Source: Myxococcales bacterium (lineage in GTDB: Bacteria; Myxococcota_A; UBA9042; JABWCM01; BTVJ01). Taken from it: a stretch of 64,000 bases of DNA. Under the pieces are notes generated by a model that had not been told where the DNA came from, searched no databases, and saw nothing but the letters and a program-made list of their open reading frames with translations. The stretch lies in NCBI GenBank assembly GCA_045863395.1, contig BTVJ01000002.1, positions 192,001 to 256,000 on the forward strand. Reading direction: 5' to 3'. Positions 8,992 through 20,973 of this stretch are shown piece after piece. The position numbers and the translations under genes are program-made. Within the stretch, counting starts at the first letter, position 1. The number at the start of each line of letters is the position of its first letter.

Positions 8992-11330
8992 GGTGGGCGC
9001 CGCTCCTGCTGCTCGCGGGGTGCCTCAGCTCCACCGACGAGCTGCTCCAGCGGGAGCCGGTGCCGGGTCCGACCGCCGACGTGGCGCAGCCAGACGTGGT
9101 CCCCGCGCCGGACACCGCGAGCGACCCCGACTCTGGCGCCGATGGAGGGCTCACCGACGTCCTCTCGGACGCCGGTCCGCCCCAGGACGCCGGCGGGGCG
9201 GAGGCCGACACCGGGGATGTTGCCGCCGCGCCCGACGTCGCCGACGCCACGACCCAGGACGACGGGGGCACCGACATCGGCGCCGACGCCGACGCGGTGG
9301 ACCCTCCCTTCGACCCCATGGTGTGCGACGCGGGAGACGAAGCCTGGGTCAAGCGCACGGTGCAGGCCCTGCTGGGCAGGAAGCCCCACGGAATGCAGGA
9401 GGTGCGGGCCCTGGTCGCGCTCGTCGCCGCTACTGACCGCCCCAGTGTCGCCCGCGGCCTCATGCGCTCGCAGGACTTCGAGGACCGCTGGGCCGACTGG
9501 CTCATGGACGAGCTGCGCGTCAACCGCATCGGAGACAAGGCCCACGGCACCTGCTACGGACCGCCGAAGCGCCCCGAGGACGCCGGCGAGGTGGCCGCCT
9601 TCATCCGCGACAACCCACCGACCAAGAGCCAGACCGACCTCGCCTTCAACATGACCGACGTGCTGCGCTCCTCGCTGCGCCTCGACGACCTCTCGCCGCT
9701 CTACCGCGCCCACCTGTTCGCCATGCTCTCGAAGCCCATCCAGGGGGCCAACGTGGCGGACCTGGAGCTGGACATCACGCGCCGGCAGGACTTTGGCGAG
9801 GTCTTCGAGGCGACCTACCTGGATCGTGGCATCGTCTGCGCTGGATGCCACAACAGCGAGTGGTCGGTCACCGATCACCCGGACCCCGCGCAGGACCGCT
9901 TCTGGCCCATCCCGGGCCGCTTTGAGGCCGCGGTCTACGGCGCCTCCACCGGCGGCAAGGAGCTGGCCTTCTACTCGGCCTTCCGGCACCTGGGCGTGGT
10001 CATGAAGACGGGGGGCATCCGCCCCTGGCACATGGACGGGAGCTGCGGGCGCTTCAACACCAAGGCGTCCCTCGACGACGACCCGGCGGGCTGGGAGACG
10101 TTCTTCGTCTCCCCGCTCGCGAAGAAGGCCAGCGTGTGGGACGTGGAGGCAGCCCTGCGCACCGGCGCCGCCTCGATCGTCGACGGGCTCGTCGTGGATC
10201 CCGACACCCTCGCCGTCGCGGGCCCCGACGCGTTCGCCTGGCTCGTGGCCGTCCACGTGTCCAACCGCGCCTGGCGGGCCGTCCACGGCTCCCCCCTCGT
10301 GCTCGTCCACCACTTCCCGCGCAACGAGGCCCAGCGCTCGATCCTCTGGGAGCTGACCGACCGCTTCGTGTCGCACGGCTGGTCGCTCCGCGCCCTCCTC
10401 GAAGCCATCGTGACGCACCCGCTGGCCAACCAGCTCGCCCCGCTGGACGGCTGCGGCGAGAGCCCGTACCTGCTGCCTCCGGTCTTCGACCCGTGGGTCA
10501 TCGCCGAGGAGGACCCCGCGCTCTGGCTCAACGGTCCTGGCGACATGGTGCACCGCGCCGGCGCCCGCGTCCTGCTCCGCATGGCGTCCCAGGCCCTCGG
10601 CTGGCCGACCCCGCTCGCCTTCCCGAGCGGCGGCGACGAGCAGTTCCAGAAGGCGGTGGGGGTGTTCGTCAAGGACGGCGAGCCCGGCTTCGACGGGGTC
10701 GACTTCCAGGGGATGCTCACCTGGGAGAACCGCTACGGCGCCTGTGACCCGCCACCGCTGGCCGCCGGCGAGGCGGGCTCCTGCGTCGGGGCCTGCGGAG
10801 GGCAGGCCCTCGCGGGCTGCTGGTGCGACCCGCCCTGCGTGGGCTACGGTGACTGCTGCGCCGACTACAAGACCGTGTGCGTAGACGGCGTCGTCCCCCC
10901 GAAGGAGGTCCAGGCGGACTGGATAGACGCCCTCGCGGCGGCCGCCACCGCCCACGACGCCGCCCACCCGGCCGATCCCACGACGCTCCGTCGCGTCGCC
11001 GCGGCGCTCTCCGACCGCCTGCTGACCGCCCCCGACCTCGCGCCCGAGCAGGAGGCGCTGATCGCCGCCCTCTATGGCACCGCCACCCTCGACGCCGCCG
11101 CCCTGGGCGTCAAGGACTGGGTCGCCCGCACCCGCACGGTCTGCGGCGCGCTCCTCCAGACCCCCCAGTTCTGGCTGGCCGGCCTCGCCCAGCCGGACCA
11201 GCAGACGACCCCGGAGCTGGTCGTGGATGGCGCGACCTTCCAGGCCGCGTGCGAGCGCTGGGCGCCGCTCGTCCTGCCCGGCGCCACCTGCACCGCCACG
11301 GCGGCCCTTCCGCCCCCGGAGGCTCCGTGA
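8988..11330 (+). CDS. Lipoprotein, DUF1549/DUF1553-like partner of DUF1501, with one CxxCH and a somatomedin-B-like domain
   Basis: Lipobox LAGC; Asp/Ala-rich linker; CAGCH; SCVGACGGQALAGCWCDPPCVGYGDCCADYKTVC; GTGA overlap with the DUF1501 gene. Confidence 0.7.
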   Translation: MRWAPLLLLAGCLSSTDELLQREPVPGPTADVAQPDVVPAPDTASDPDSGADGGLTDVLSDAGPPQDAGGAEADTGDVAAAPDVADATTQDDGGTDIGADADAVDPPFDPMVCDAGDEAWVKRTVQALLGRKPHGMQEVRALVALVAATDRPSVARGLMRSQDFEDRWADWLMDELRVNRIGDKAHGTCYGPPKRPEDAGEVAAFIRDNPPTKSQTDLAFNMTDVLRSSLRLDDLSPLYRAHLFAMLSKPIQGANVADLELDITRRQDFGEVFEATYLDRGIVCAGCHNSEWSVTDHPDPAQDRFWPIPGRFEAAVYGASTGGKELAFYSAFRHLGVVMKTGGIRPWHMDGSCGRFNTKASLDDDPAGWETFFVSPLAKKASVWDVEAALRTGAASIVDGLVVDPDTLAVAGPDAFAWLVAVHVSNRAWRAVHGSPLVLVHHFPRNEAQRSILWELTDRFVSHGWSLRALLEAIVTHPLANQLAPLDGCGESPYLLPPVFDPWVIAEEDPALWLNGPGDMVHRAGARVLLRMASQALGWPTPLAFPSGGDEQFQKAVGVFVKDGEPGFDGVDFQGMLTWENRYGACDPPPLAAGEAGSCVGACGGQALAGCWCDPPCVGYGDCCADYKTVCVDGVVPPKEVQADWIDALAAAATAHDAAHPADPTTLRRVAAALSDRLLTAPDLAPEQEALIAALYGTATLDAAALGVKDWVARTRTVCGALLQTPQFWLAGLAQPDQQTTPELVVDGATFQAACERWAPLVLPGATCTATAALPPPEAP

Positions 11331-11800
11331 CCCGACTCTGCGCCGTCCTGCTCGCTCTCGCGGCCTGTGGGCGCCCGGAGGCACCCCAGCCCCCGCAGGC
11401 GCCCGCTCCGGCCCCCGCAGCCGCGCCCCGCCCCCAGCTCGTCCCCATGAACCCCGGCGCCCAGCCCGTGGACGCGGCCGTCCGCGCCGCCATGGGCGCC
11501 CCGGGCCGCGACGTCGTGGTCTACGTGGGCGCGTCCTGGTGCGAGCCCTGCACCCGCTTCCACGACGCGGTCGCGTCGGGCGCCCTGGACGCCACTTTCC
11601 CGACCCTGACCCTGCTGGAGTTCGACCTGGATCGGGACCGCGCCGGCCTGGAGGCCGCGGGCTACGGGAGCCGTATGATCCCGCTGTTCGCCATCCCCGG
11701 CCCCGATGGGCGTGGCACGGACCGCCGGATCCAGGGCGGCGTGAAGGGGGAGGGCGCCGTCGACAACATCGTGCCACGCCTGCGGGAGCTGCTCCGCTGA
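11327..11800 (+). CDS. Thioredoxin-family lipoprotein
   Basis: Lipobox LAAC; WCEPC active site; cis-Pro motif MIPLF; GTGA overlap. Confidence 0.8.
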   Translation: MTRLCAVLLALAACGRPEAPQPPQAPAPAPAAAPRPQLVPMNPGAQPVDAAVRAAMGAPGRDVVVYVGASWCEPCTRFHDAVASGALDATFPTLTLLEFDLDRDRAGLEAAGYGSRMIPLFAIPGPDGRGTDRRIQGGVKGEGAVDNIVPRLRELLR

Positions 11801-11809
11801 CCTGGCCGC

Positions 11810-13006
11810 CTATCCCCGCGGCGGCGTCCGCAGGAGCCCCCCGAGCACCCGCCGTCGCACCGTCTCCCGCTGCCGCGCCTTGTAGACGTCGTGGGCGGCG
11901 AGCCCCGAGCGCGAGAGCTGCCACGCCTCCTCGTCGAGCACCTGCACCTCGTAGGGGAAGAAGATCCGCAGGTCCTGCTCGCGGTCGAGCTGCGCGCGCA
12001 GCGTCCTGGCCACCGCCTGCGCCTCCGCCGTGTCGGGGAGGCCGGCGATGGTCTCCTCCAGGCTCTCCCGCAGCGGGTTCGGGATGCGGATCTGCTGCCT
12101 CGCCGTGAACTGGAGCGCCCGGTAGAACGTGGAGCTGTGGGGGTTCGAGTGCCCCTCGGGGGGCGGCGGGAACGGCAGGCTGCGCACCGACGCCCGTAGC
12201 GCGTCCAGCCGGTCACCGTCCCGCAGGTCGCCCGCCTCCACCCGCTCGTCCAGGTCCTCCATCTCTCGGCGGAGCCACTCCATGTCGATGAGCGTGTTGC
12301 GCGAGCGGCTCGGCTTGACGTTGCCGAACACCACCACGTTGTTCGTCCGCAGGTAGCGCACCACCAGCAGCGCGTCGAAGCGCTCTCGCGTCACGAAGCG
12401 AAGCCCCACCTGGTCGAAGATGTCGGCGGCGACGTTCTCGACCTTGTGGAGCAGCTTGAGGATGGTCGACCTCCGGGACTTGTTCGCCTTGATCTCGAAG
12501 CGGGACAGGGGGATGGCGTCCGGCCCCGCCCCCAGCGTCACCCCGGCGGGGCCCTCTACGACGTGCGGCTGGAACCGGGCGATGATCTGCTCGCGGATCT
12601 GCGCTCCGTACCGCTCCTCCAGGCTCGAGTGGGCGTGGCTGACCGTGTGCATGACCCGCAGGAGGGCGCAGGCCCACCGCTGCGTCTCGTCCCGTCGATC
12701 CGCCGAGGCGAGCAGGAGCAGCCGTGCGACGTCGCGCTCCTCACGCAGGGCGGGGGGCACGCGGAGCTCCCCCGGGTCGATGAGCTCGCCCTCGATGAAC
12801 TCGATGGCCTCTATCCGGTGCCGCTCCAGCGTCGCGCGCTCCGTCGGGTCGCCGGTGTCGTAGCCGTAGGCCGCCAGGTAGGCCCGGGCGTGCTCCTCGG
12901 TGCGGAGCCGCAGGGCGGGGATGTCCACCGCCGAGTGCCCGCCCACCATGGCGTTGAGGGTGTCCCAAGAGAAGCCGGCCGTGGACAGGGGGTGATGGAT
13001 GGTCAT
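11810..13006 (-). CDS. TIGR04552-type protein (RelA/SpoT-like nucleotidyltransferase fold)
   Basis: KSRRSTILKLLHK.ENVAADIFD.VGLRFVT, NPHSS..YRALQFT.RQ and FFPYEVQ..D segments. Confidence 0.75.
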   Translation of the reverse strand: MTIHHPLSTAGFSWDTLNAMVGGHSAVDIPALRLRTEEHARAYLAAYGYDTGDPTERATLERHRIEAIEFIEGELIDPGELRVPPALREERDVARLLLLASADRRDETQRWACALLRVMHTVSHAHSSLEERYGAQIREQIIARFQPHVVEGPAGVTLGAGPDAIPLSRFEIKANKSRRSTILKLLHKVENVAADIFDQVGLRFVTRERFDALLVVRYLRTNNVVVFGNVKPSRSRNTLIDMEWLRREMEDLDERVEAGDLRDGDRLDALRASVRSLPFPPPPEGHSNPHSSTFYRALQFTARQQIRIPNPLRESLEETIAGLPDTAEAQAVARTLRAQLDREQDLRIFFPYEVQVLDEEAWQLSRSGLAAHDVYKARQRETVRRRVLGGLLRTPPRG

Positions 13007-13134
13007 TGGCGCTCCGTGGTCGTCCCTCCCGGCGCCGGAGGGTACATCACTGCGGCGCCGGGAGGGAAGCGTGTCCGGCCCTTGATCGACTCCCCCACTG
13101 GTGCCATGGTGGCGCCGACCTCCGCAGGAGCCCC

Positions 13135-13635
13135 ATGACGTCGCCGACCCCGAGACGCAGCGCCTATGTCACCCCCGAAGGCTACCGGCGGCTCGCTGGA
13201 GAGCTCGAGCGCCTCTGGACCCGCGACCGCCCCGTGATCACCGCAGAGGTGGAGGCCGCGGCGGCCCACGGTGACCGCTCGGAGAACGCGGAGTACATCT
13301 ACGGCAAGAAGAAGCTGCGCGAGATCGACCGGCGTATCCGCTTCCTGCAGAAGCGGCTCGACGAGGTGAAGGTCGTGGAGCCGAGCTCCGCCCAGGAGGG
13401 CCGGGCCTTCTTCGGGGCGTGGGTGACGGTGGAGGACGAGGACGGCGCCGAGTCCACCTGGCGCCTGGTGGGGCCCGACGAGCTGGACGTGGAGCGGGGA
13501 TTGATCAGCGTGGACTCGCCCATGGCCAAGGCCCTCCTCGGGCGCCGGGAGGGAGACGAGGTGCTCCTGCGTCGACCCAAGGGCGACACGCGGCTGACGG
13601 TCGTGGAGATTCGCTACCAGCCACCGGAGCGTTGA
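13135..13635 (+). CDS. greB: Transcription elongation factor GreB
   Basis: YVTPEGY..L..EL..LW..RP, GDRSENAEYIYGKKKLREIDRRIRFL, FFGAWV, ISVDSPMAKALLG. Confidence 0.93.
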   Translation: MTSPTPRRSAYVTPEGYRRLAGELERLWTRDRPVITAEVEAAAAHGDRSENAEYIYGKKKLREIDRRIRFLQKRLDEVKVVEPSSAQEGRAFFGAWVTVEDEDGAESTWRLVGPDELDVERGLISVDSPMAKALLGRREGDEVLLRRPKGDTRLTVVEIRYQPPER

Positions 13636-13678
13636 TGAGTCGCATCAGGTAGTCTGGTTCAACCGTTCGAAAACATGG

Positions 13679-14995
13679 CTATCCCTTCGCCATGTCGCGC
13701 GGCCCGAGGTGCCCCCCGACGGGCAGCGTCAGTGCGAAGGTCGCACCCACCCCGGGCTGTCCGTCCGCCTCGATGACGCCCCCGTGGCGGCGGACGATGC
13801 GCTCCACGATGGCCAGCCCAACCCCCGTCCCGGGGAAGTCGGCCCCGTGCAACCGCGCGAAGGGCCGGAACAGGCGCTCCGCGTGGGCCGGGTCGAAGCC
13901 CACGCCGTTGTCGCGCACCGTCACACGGCAGCCCGTTGCCCAGGCGGCGCACTCGACGTCGATGCGGGCGTCGGGTCTGTGAGACGTGTACTTCCAGGCG
14001 TTTCCGAGGAGGTTCTCGAAGGCGACGCGCAGGAGGCCCGGGTCCCCGTGCACGACCATGTCGCTCTGGACCCGCGTCACCACGGACCTCCCCGCCTCCC
14101 GGGTGGCCAGCTCGTCGAGGATGCCCCTGCACAGGCTGGCCAGGTCGACCTGCACCCGCACCATCTCGGCCCGGGCCACCCGCGCCAGCTCGAGCTGGTC
14201 GTCGATCAGCTCGTTCATGCGGCGCCCGGCCTGGCGGATCTGTCCGACATACCCCACAGCCTCCGGCTCCAGCGTGGGCCCATGCCGGTCCAGGATGGCT
14301 CGCGCGAAGCCCTCGACGGCCCGCACCGGCGCCCGCAGATCATGCGACACGGAGTAGTTGAAGGCCTCGAGCTCCTGGTTGGCGCGGGCCAGATCCTCCT
14401 GAAGCCGCGCGTCGGACCACAGCAAGGCCTCCAAGCGGCGCCGGTCCCGCAGGCGCACCGCGAAGACGATGCAGGCGAGAACGGTGGCCTGGAACATGGC
14501 CAGGCTGAGGTCCACCCAGGGGGAGGCGTCGCCGGGCGGCGTCGGAGCCAGCCACGCGCTGAGCGCAAAGGCCGCCACGACGCCGATCTCCGCACCCACG
14601 AACCAGGCCGTCGAGAAGAAGAAGAATGACACGCCGAGGGCGATGAGCATGAAGCTCAGGGACTCCAGCGGCTTGTGAAGCATCACCATGTGCAGGACGC
14701 TGTCGGCTACCAGGGTCGCGGCGATCAGGCCCGCGAGCGGGTGAGCGAACCGCGGCGAGATGCTCCTGAGCCGCAGCCGGAGGCGCATGGCCGCGAACAT
14801 GGCGGCCATGACGATCTCGACGGCCACCAGCGCGGTGATCGCGTCGTGGGAGACCCCCGGTCGATCCATGCTGAAGGGCTTGACCGTGGCCAGCACGGAG
14901 TAGAGGAGGGCCAGGCCGAGGGTGATGGACTGGATGGCCCGCAGGAGGGTCTGGTCGAGCGCCCTGCCCAGATCCCGTTCGGAGATGGCCGACAT
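13679..14995 (-). CDS. Membrane-bound sensor histidine kinase
   Basis: About 6 hydrophobic N-terminal helices; H-box [13 protein letters not shown]-box [24 protein letters not shown]. Confidence 0.92.
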   Translation of the reverse strand: MSAISERDLGRALDQTLLRAIQSITLGLALLYSVLATVKPFSMDRPGVSHDAITALVAVEIVMAAMFAAMRLRLRLRSISPRFAHPLAGLIAATLVADSVLHMVMLHKPLESLSFMLIALGVSFFFFSTAWFVGAEIGVVAAFALSAWLAPTPPGDASPWVDLSLAMFQATVLACIVFAVRLRDRRRLEALLWSDARLQEDLARANQELEAFNYSVSHDLRAPVRAVEGFARAILDRHGPTLEPEAVGYVGQIRQAGRRMNELIDDQLELARVARAEMVRVQVDLASLCRGILDELATREAGRSVVTRVQSDMVVHGDPGLLRVAFENLLGNAWKYTSHRPDARIDVECAAWATGCRVTVRDNGVGFDPAHAERLFRPFARLHGADFPGTGVGLAIVERIVRRHGGVIEADGQPGVGATFALTLPVGGHLGPRDMAKG

Positions 14996-15147
14996 CCGTG
15001 GTCCTGCCGCCTTCCCCCCTGGCTCGCGCGCCCGCCGCGCTGCGACGAACGCGGGAGGCTAGCCCGTCCCGTGCGTTCTGTCGAGGGGTTGCATCGCAGA
15101 GGGTCGCCGATGATACTCACGCCCGTCAACGACTGGGAGCACAACCC

Positions 15148-16545
<1,398 letters not shown>

Positions 16546-16558
16546 GGGCTCGGGAGGC

Positions 16559-16885
16559 TCACTCGGCGGCGGGGGCGCACCGCACGCAGGTCGTGGCCCA
16601 CGGCAGCGCGTCCAGCTCGGTCACGCTCAGGTCCTCCCCACATCCGTCGCAGCGCCCGAAGCTCTCGCCATCCACGCCGCGGGCCGTCTTCATCAGGTGG
16701 TCGAGGAAGCGCCGGAGCCGCTCCTTGGGGCGCTCCCTGGGCTCGCCGCCGTAGAGCAGATCCAGGTCGGCCAGCTCTACGTCCTCGCTTCCGAGCAGCC
16801 GCGCGAGCTTGTCTGCCACCTCCTGGCCCTTGGCGAGCGCGGCCCTCCGCCATCGCTCTCTGTCCGCTGCCGTGTACTCGCTCAT
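16559..16885 (-). CDS. TraR/DksA-family C4 zinc-finger protein
   Basis: Helical N-terminus then FGRCDGCGEDL...LDALPWATTCVRC. Confidence 0.75.
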   Translation of the reverse strand: MSEYTAADRERWRRAALAKGQEVADKLARLLGSEDVELADLDLLYGGEPRERPKERLRRFLDHLMKTARGVDGESFGRCDGCGEDLSVTELDALPWATTCVRCAPAAE

Positions 16886-17042
16886 GGGGGACACCTCCGA
16901 GGGCATCCATGCGCCACGGACCCGCTCCCCGTCAAGCGTCACCGCATGGCCGCAGCCCGAGCGATTCCCGTTGCGCGCAGGAGGGAACGGCGTTAGAAGC
17001 CGCGGTGACGCCGGGGGACGCGGTCCCCCTCGGAGGTGCCCC

Positions 17043-19403
17043 ATGTCACGTCTCCTGCGCGCTCCCCTGCTGCCACTCGTCGCGCTCGCCCTCGTCGGCT
17101 GTGAGCCCCCCGACGAGGGCCCCGAGGCGCCCTCGCTCGGCACGTTGACCAGCGATGGTGCCCCCATCACGCTCGACCACACGGCGGTCATCGCCTTCCA
17201 GGCCGACTGGAGCGAGGTTGTCACGGTCGGCCCCGTCATGGCGGGCGGCAGGCTGCGGGTCGAGTACGACCCCGCGCGCCTGCCGTCGTGCCGCGCCACC
17301 AAGTACGGACTGCCCGCGTGGAACATCCTCCTGAACTGGGACTTCGGCGCCGGGAGCAAGTCCGTGGCGCTCTCGCAGAAGGGCGCCGTCATGGAGGCGA
17401 CCGTCGACGTCCCCGAGGACGCCAAGTCCATCTCCCTGTGGTTCCTCAACAGCGACTACTACGGGTGCAAGCAGTGGGACTCGAACCTGGGCGTCAACTA
17501 CGTCTGGGACGTGCAGCCCCCGGCTCAGGTGGCGGTCCTCGCGTTCACCGCGGACTGGCAGGAGGTCGCGTCGAGCCCCGTGCAGCAGGGGGCGCTCCTG
17601 CGCATCGACTATGCGGCGGAGCGTCTCACCGCGTGTCGCCATGCCCCGAACGGCCAGCGAGCCTGGAGCATCTACGCGTCGTGGCGATTCCTGCCTGGCG
17701 GGCAGAGCGCGTCCCTGGAGCTGACCGAGGGAGCGGCCGGCGCCCTGACCAAGCCCCAGGTGTCGGTGCCCCAGGGGGCGACCTCGGTCGAGCTGTGGTT
17801 CTCCAACTCGGACACCACGGGCTGCGTCGCCTGGGACAGCAACTTCGGCGCCAATTACTCCTTCCCCGTGGCGCCCGCGGGCAACACACCCCAGGTGGGC
17901 TGGGCCGGAGACTGGGACTTCGTCAAGGTGGGCAAGCAGCCCCAGCACCTGGGCAAGGTGGACCCGGCCTATTACTTCGACTCCTGGCAGGGCATGCCCC
18001 TGTCGAGCCAGGTGGAGGTGCAGGTGTGGATCCCCGGTGTCACGGACAAGGCCTATCCGAGCGCCGACGCGGCCCGGGCGGCGGCGGAGTCCCTGATCGT
18101 GGCGCAGGCGGTGACCGACGGCCTCTCGGGGCCCGTGGGAGGCTGGGGCACGCGGCCGATGCCCTTCGAGCGGCAGCAGGGCAACAACTTCGTCTTCGCG
18201 TTCCGCCTGGGCGAGCTGCGGTGGCAGACGGCGGGGCTCAACGTCCCTGATGGGCTGTGGCGCTGGTACGCGCGCTTCTCCACCGATGGTGGCGCCTCGT
18301 GGTTCGAGGCCGGCAAGGACCCGGGCCCCCGTCGCTACGTGCTCGCCAAGACGCAAGACTGCTCACTGTTTCCTGATCAGGCGCCCCCCGAGTGCCCCCA
18401 GGGCAAGGCGGTCGGCTGGGCAGGCGACTGGGGGCGTTACGCCAGCCACGCGTGCTGGTTCACCCAGGATCTGCCGGACCCGCTGGTCCTGACCAAGTCC
18501 GCGGTGGGCCACGACTGCATGACCGTCACGGCGGACGTGTGGGTGCCTGGCCTCACCGACGCGGGCGGCTCCCCCGGGTCGATCCTCGCGCAGGTGGAGA
18601 CGAACGTCGCATATGGGGGTGGGCCCCTGGCCACGCCGGTGACCTACCCGCTGACGTTCGACCAGAAGGTGGGCAACAACTACCGCTACGCCTGGACGCT
18701 GGGCCAGCTCGTCGGCATGGCGGACCGGGACGACTACACGTTCCGGTTCCGCTTCTCGGCCGATGGCGGCAAGACCTGGAAGATCCTCGGCAAGGGAGAT
18801 GGGCCTGCGGCGCCTTGGAGGTCCCTGCACGTCCGCAACGACTCGCAGGACGTGGAGGTCACTCAGCTCTGCGAGGGCATCTGGTCCTGGAGCGCAGCGT
18901 CGGCCAGCTTCCCCTCCTGCATCGAGTGGCAGCCCACCGTGAACCAGGACGCTGCCTGCGAGCTGTGGCTCAACGCGCTGGGCAGGGGCCAGTGGTCGCA
19001 CAACGGCGTGTCCCTGGGGTGGCTGGAGGCGTGGATCCGCGTGCAGGCGCCCGGCCAGGTGCTCGGCGTGGGGATGTGGGTGAAGTCCAAGAGCAAGCAG
19101 GGAGTGGTCAGCGAGGCATTCAGCTTCGGCGCGGAAGTGGAGCCGGGGTACTGGCTCACTGGCTTCACCACGAAGAAGAGCGCCGATGGAACGGACCAGA
19201 CGCCGCTGGCCTTTGCCTTCTTCGCCGACGTCGCCGCGGGGGGGACCGTGAAGCGGCTGTGGCAGAGCGCGGGCGGCGCCAACTACACCGTCGAGGGCGC
19301 GTTTGCCGTGCCCGGCTACGTGAAGGGCATCGGGTCGGGCTCCATCGAGTACGCCGACGAGTCAGTCGGGCTCTTCGCCCCCAAGCACGCGTGTGTCCCG
19401 TGA
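17043..19403 (+). CDS. Lipoprotein with two DUF6209 (CBM-like) domains and two further repeated beta domains
   Basis: Lipobox LVGC; two copies of F.ADW...G..LR..Y...RL..CR...AW.I...LWF.NSD..GC..WDSN.G.NY; repeated VGWAGDW...GNN...RFS.DGG..W. Confidence 0.7.
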   Translation: MSRLLRAPLLPLVALALVGCEPPDEGPEAPSLGTLTSDGAPITLDHTAVIAFQADWSEVVTVGPVMAGGRLRVEYDPARLPSCRATKYGLPAWNILLNWDFGAGSKSVALSQKGAVMEATVDVPEDAKSISLWFLNSDYYGCKQWDSNLGVNYVWDVQPPAQVAVLAFTADWQEVASSPVQQGALLRIDYAAERLTACRHAPNGQRAWSIYASWRFLPGGQSASLELTEGAAGALTKPQVSVPQGATSVELWFSNSDTTGCVAWDSNFGANYSFPVAPAGNTPQVGWAGDWDFVKVGKQPQHLGKVDPAYYFDSWQGMPLSSQVEVQVWIPGVTDKAYPSADAARAAAESLIVAQAVTDGLSGPVGGWGTRPMPFERQQGNNFVFAFRLGELRWQTAGLNVPDGLWRWYARFSTDGGASWFEAGKDPGPRRYVLAKTQDCSLFPDQAPPECPQGKAVGWAGDWGRYASHACWFTQDLPDPLVLTKSAVGHDCMTVTADVWVPGLTDAGGSPGSILAQVETNVAYGGGPLATPVTYPLTFDQKVGNNYRYAWTLGQLVGMADRDDYTFRFRFSADGGKTWKILGKGDGPAAPWRSLHVRNDSQDVEVTQLCEGIWSWSAASASFPSCIEWQPTVNQDAACELWLNALGRGQWSHNGVSLGWLEAWIRVQAPGQVLGVGMWVKSKSKQGVVSEAFSFGAEVEPGYWLTGFTTKKSADGTDQTPLAFAFFADVAAGGTVKRLWQSAGGANYTVEGAFAVPGYVKGIGSGSIEYADESVGLFAPKHACVP

Positions 19404-20698
19404 GGGCCTGCCTGGTGGTGCTCCTCGTGGCCGGCTGCGCGAGCGGCGGCGGGGAGGCCGGAGGAGGGCCCGGGAGTGACTCTGCCGCGGACGTGGCCGC
19501 GTCGCCGGACTCCGTGGGAGACGCGCCGGTGCCCGGCACGGCGGGAGACACGGCGGTGCCTCAGGACACGTCGGGCACCGGGGACGATGGCGGCGAGACT
19601 GGGGTCGACACCCACACCGCAGACGGCGCCGACACCCACGCGACGGACGCCACCGGCTCCCCCGACGGGGGCGGCGCGCTCGGGGCTGGCGCGTTCTGCG
19701 TGGCCTACGGCGAGGCCTGGTGCGAGCTCCTGGACCGCTGCCCGCCCCCCTGGCGCGCGGCGTGGCCGGGGGGCTGCGCCTCGGCCATGACGGTGGGCTG
19801 CCAGGCTGCGTGGTTGGACGCCGCGGCGGCCGATGGGACCCTCGCCTTCGACGGGGCCGCCGCCGCCTCGTGCATCGAGGCGCTCGACTCCATGACGTGC
19901 GCGGCCTCCGACGCCTTGTGGCTCTCCCAGGCGGACAACGTCCCCGCCGACTGCAAGGCGGCGCTCGCGGGGAGCGTCCCCCCCGGCGGCGACTGCTCCG
20001 TCGGGCCGGAGTGCGCCGAGGGGGCCGTGTGCGTGTTCGGGGACTCGTGCCCGGGCGTCTGCACGGCGCAGGGAGCCCCTGGCGACCCCTGCGCCAAGGG
20101 CGAGCTGTGCGCCTGGCCCGAGTCCCTGTGTGTCGAGGGCACCTGCACGGCCCTCCCCGGCGAGGGCGCTCCCTGCCTCACGGGCCTGTGCCGCGCACCA
20201 TTGGTGTGCGAGGGCGGCCTCTGTATGGCGCCCGGCCTGGCGGGAGCTTCCTGTGAGGACGGCGCGCCCTGTTACGCGGGGCTCATCTGCTTCCGGCCGA
20301 GCGACCAGCAGCCGGGCACCTGCACGCTCCCGCGAGCGCTCGGTGAGACCTGCTTCGCGTCCTGGCAGTGCGATCCCACGTCCAGCGTCGGGCGCCTGGT
20401 CTGCGCGGGCGGTAGCTGCCAGGTGGCGCCGGGCCCCGGCCAGCCCTGCTGGGAGTTCCTCTGCGACGGCGCGGCCTGTGACGCCGCGCAGATCCCCCCC
20501 ACCTGCGTCCCGTTGCCTGGCCCTGGCGCGCCCTGCTGGCAGGGGGGCGCCTGCGCCACGGGCGCCTTCTGTGACGGTAGCAGCTGCGCTGCGCTCGGGA
20601 CCCCCGGGGACCCCTGCGGAGGCCACAGCCAGTGCGCCTCCTTCCGGTGCTACGGTGGCGTCTGCGTCGCCCCCGACGCACCCGCCTGCTCGCCCTGA
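19400..20698 (+). CDS. Cys-rich lipoprotein (Dickkopf-N-like repeats)
   Basis: Lipobox VAGC; Asp/Thr linker; FD..AA..C..AL; many G..C....C...L.C repeats; GTGA overlap. Confidence 0.7.
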   Translation: MRACLVVLLVAGCASGGGEAGGGPGSDSAADVAASPDSVGDAPVPGTAGDTAVPQDTSGTGDDGGETGVDTHTADGADTHATDATGSPDGGGALGAGAFCVAYGEAWCELLDRCPPPWRAAWPGGCASAMTVGCQAAWLDAAAADGTLAFDGAAAASCIEALDSMTCAASDALWLSQADNVPADCKAALAGSVPPGGDCSVGPECAEGAVCVFGDSCPGVCTAQGAPGDPCAKGELCAWPESLCVEGTCTALPGEGAPCLTGLCRAPLVCEGGLCMAPGLAGASCEDGAPCYAGLICFRPSDQQPGTCTLPRALGETCFASWQCDPTSSVGRLVCAGGSCQVAPGPGQPCWEFLCDGAACDAAQIPPTCVPLPGPGAPCWQGGACATGAFCDGSSCAALGTPGDPCGGHSQCASFRCYGGVCVAPDAPACSP

Positions 20699-20973
20699 GG
20701 GACCGTGCAGTGATGACCTGATCCACCGAGGGCGCTGATGCGCCCCGCTGGGGGCTCGACGAGACCGCAGGCAGGGCCTTGTCCTTCCAAGGTCTCGGCG
20801 GGCCGCCAGCGGGGATGCAGCGGCGGCCGAATGGACAGGTTGTTGCTGCACGGGCCCCAAGGTGACGGGAGCGCCTGCACGGCACCCGGGACGCACGTGC
20901 CCCGTGTTCCCCGCCTGGATTTGTGGCATGCTCTGCCTGCTCGGCGCTGGCCGACCACACCCGGAGGGCACGG

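Noticed and set aside
8904..11924. 1006-aa minus-strand ORF and similar long shadow ORFs (e.g. 2827-5496, 1180-2913, 29740-31614, 41173-43125)
   Set aside because: They overlap motif-supported genes and have R/G/P/A-rich, motif-free sequence typical of high-GC shadow frames
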